In this document: one piece after another, positions 62,486-64,000 of the stretch | Numbering within the stretch: position 1 is the stretch's first letter | Layout: every line of letters begins with the position of its first letter | DNA from: Hemiscyllium ocellatum | Taxonomy: Eukaryota | Reading direction: 5' to 3' | Length of the DNA: 64,000 nucleotides | Assembly (NCBI RefSeq): GCF_020745735.1 | Contig: NW_026867453.1 | Location: 62,001 to 126,000, forward strand | The notes under the pieces: generated by a model | The model's database searches: none | What the model saw: the letters and a program-made list of their open reading frames with translations, nothing else | What the model was told of the DNA's origin: nothing | Program-made: the position numbers and the translations under genes

Positions 62486-63735
62486 CCAGGAGAGCAGACT
62501 GACCCCACTGTGTGTCATTGACGTAGGGGGAGCAGACTGACCCCACAGTGTCTCTGTTACTGACGTAGGGGGAGCAGACTGACCCCAGTGTGTCTGTGTC
62601 ACTGACCATGGGGAGAGCAGACTGACCCCACTGTGTCTATGTCACTGACCCAGGGGAGAGTAGACTGACCCCACTACGTCTGTGTCACTGACCCGGGGGG
62701 AGCAGAAGGACCCCACTGTGTGTCACTGACCCAGGGAAGAGCAGTCTGACCCCACTGTGTCTGTATCACTGACCCCAGGGAGGGAAGACTGGCCCCACTG
62801 TGTCTGTATCACTGACCCCAGGGAGGGAAGGCTGACCCCACTGCCTCTGTATCACTGACCCCCGAGAGGGAAGGCTGACCCCACTGTGTTTGTATCACTG
62901 ACCCCAGAGAGGGAAGACTGACCCCATTGTGTGTCACTGACCCAGGGGAAAGCAGACTGACCCCACTGTGTCTCTGTCACTGACCCCAGGGAGGGATGGC
63001 TGACCCCACTGGGTCTGTATCACTGACCCCATGGAGGGAAGACTGACCCCACTGTGTCTGTATCACTGACCCCAGGGAGGGATGGCTGACCCCACTGGGT
63101 CTGTATCACTGACCCCATGGAGGGAAGACTGACCCCACTGTGTCTGTATCACTGACCCCAGGGAGGGACGGCTGACCCCACTGCGTCTGTATCACTGACC
63201 CCCGAGAGGGAAGGTTGACCCCACTGTGTTTGTATCACTGACCCCAGGGAGGGACGGCTGACCCCACTGCGTCTGTATCACTGACCCCCGAGTGGGAAGG
63301 CTGACCCCATTGTGTTTGTATCACTAACCCCAGGGAGGGAAGGCTGACCCCACTGTGTCTGTGTCACTGACACCAGGGAGGGAAGGTTGACCTCACTGTG
63401 TCTGGATCACTGACCCCAGGGAGGGAAGACTGACCCCACTGTGTTGGTATCACTGACCCCAGGGAGGGAAGGTTGACCCCACTGTGTCTGGACCACTGAC
63501 CCCAGGGAGGGAAGGCTGACCCTACTGTGTCTGTATCACTGACCCCAGGGAGGGAAGGCTGACCCCACTGTGACTGTCTCACTGACCCCAGGGAGGGATG
63601 GCTGACCCCACTGTGTCGGTATCACTGACCCCAGGGAGGGAAGGCTGACCCCACTGTGTCTGTATCACTGACCCCAGGGAGGGAAGGCTGACCCCACTGT
63701 GTCGGTATCACTGACTCCAAGGAGAGCAGACTGAT
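62486..63735. repeat. 43-bp GC-rich minisatellite, about 29 units
   Basis: Unit ctgaccccactgtgtctgtatcactgaccccagggagggaagg, with a period of 43 measured at 63559/63602/63645. Confidence 0.95.
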
Positions 63736-64000
63736 ACCTTGTCCCTTTAAGGAGGATGTGCTCTGTTTCTCTTGATCAGGGATGTTATCAACCTGTTGCC
63801 CAGGTGTATGTTCCATGGAAAGCAGAGTAAATAACTTTGGGTTTTCTTAAATTACGACCAAAGCAGCATGAGGAAGTGGAGTCCGGCTCTCACCGATCCA
63901 GGGGCTCAGAGCTGCTTTCAGTTACTGAAGTTGCATTATTTGGTGTTGAAGCTATTAGTCACAGCTGTCATCTCTCTCTGCTGTAGGAAAAAAGCTTGAA

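Noticed and set aside
62486-63735. Minisatellite as a CRISPR-like array or a functional RSS array
   Set aside because: There are no unique spacers, the context is eukaryotic, and the heptamers lack nonamers at 12 or 23 bp.

Overview
Eukaryotic, repeat-rich genomic DNA from a cartilaginous fish (shark). The lineage is inferred from the IgH minicluster layout, V-SINE/HE1 SINEs, CR1 LINEs and Penelope elements. Left part (7.0-19.2 kb, + strand): one germline, unrearranged IgM heavy-chain minicluster with leader exon, VH, D1, D2 and JH, spaced 23 / 12-D1-22 / 12-D2-12 / 23. A ~10.2 kb J-C intron follows, then a Cmu1 exon that picks up several frameshifts and stops just before a 500-N assembly gap (19211-19710). 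No further Cmu exons were found. Right part: a cluster of two-exon, 317-aa class A GPCR genes of the GPR139-like type expanded in sharks. Two intact paralogues lie on the minus strand inside an old segmental duplication, and a more distant pseudogene fragment lies on the plus strand. Around them are nested CR1, Tx1, RTE-X-like and Penelope retroelements, microsatellites and a 43-bp minisatellite. Most notable observations: (i) the two GPCR paralogues are almost identical across TM5-TM7 and the proximal 3' UTR but strongly diverged across TM1-ECL2, which suggests a gene-conversion tract plus a diversifying ligand pocket; (ii) two long fold-back palindromes made of Penelope termini, carrying minimal hammerhead-ribozyme cores, lie in the IgH J-C intron; (iii) a G-skewed, switch-like tract lies upstream of Cmu1; (iv) the Cmu1 exon is broken (pseudogene versus contig-end error). 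Repeat coordinates are approximate and all counts were made by eye.
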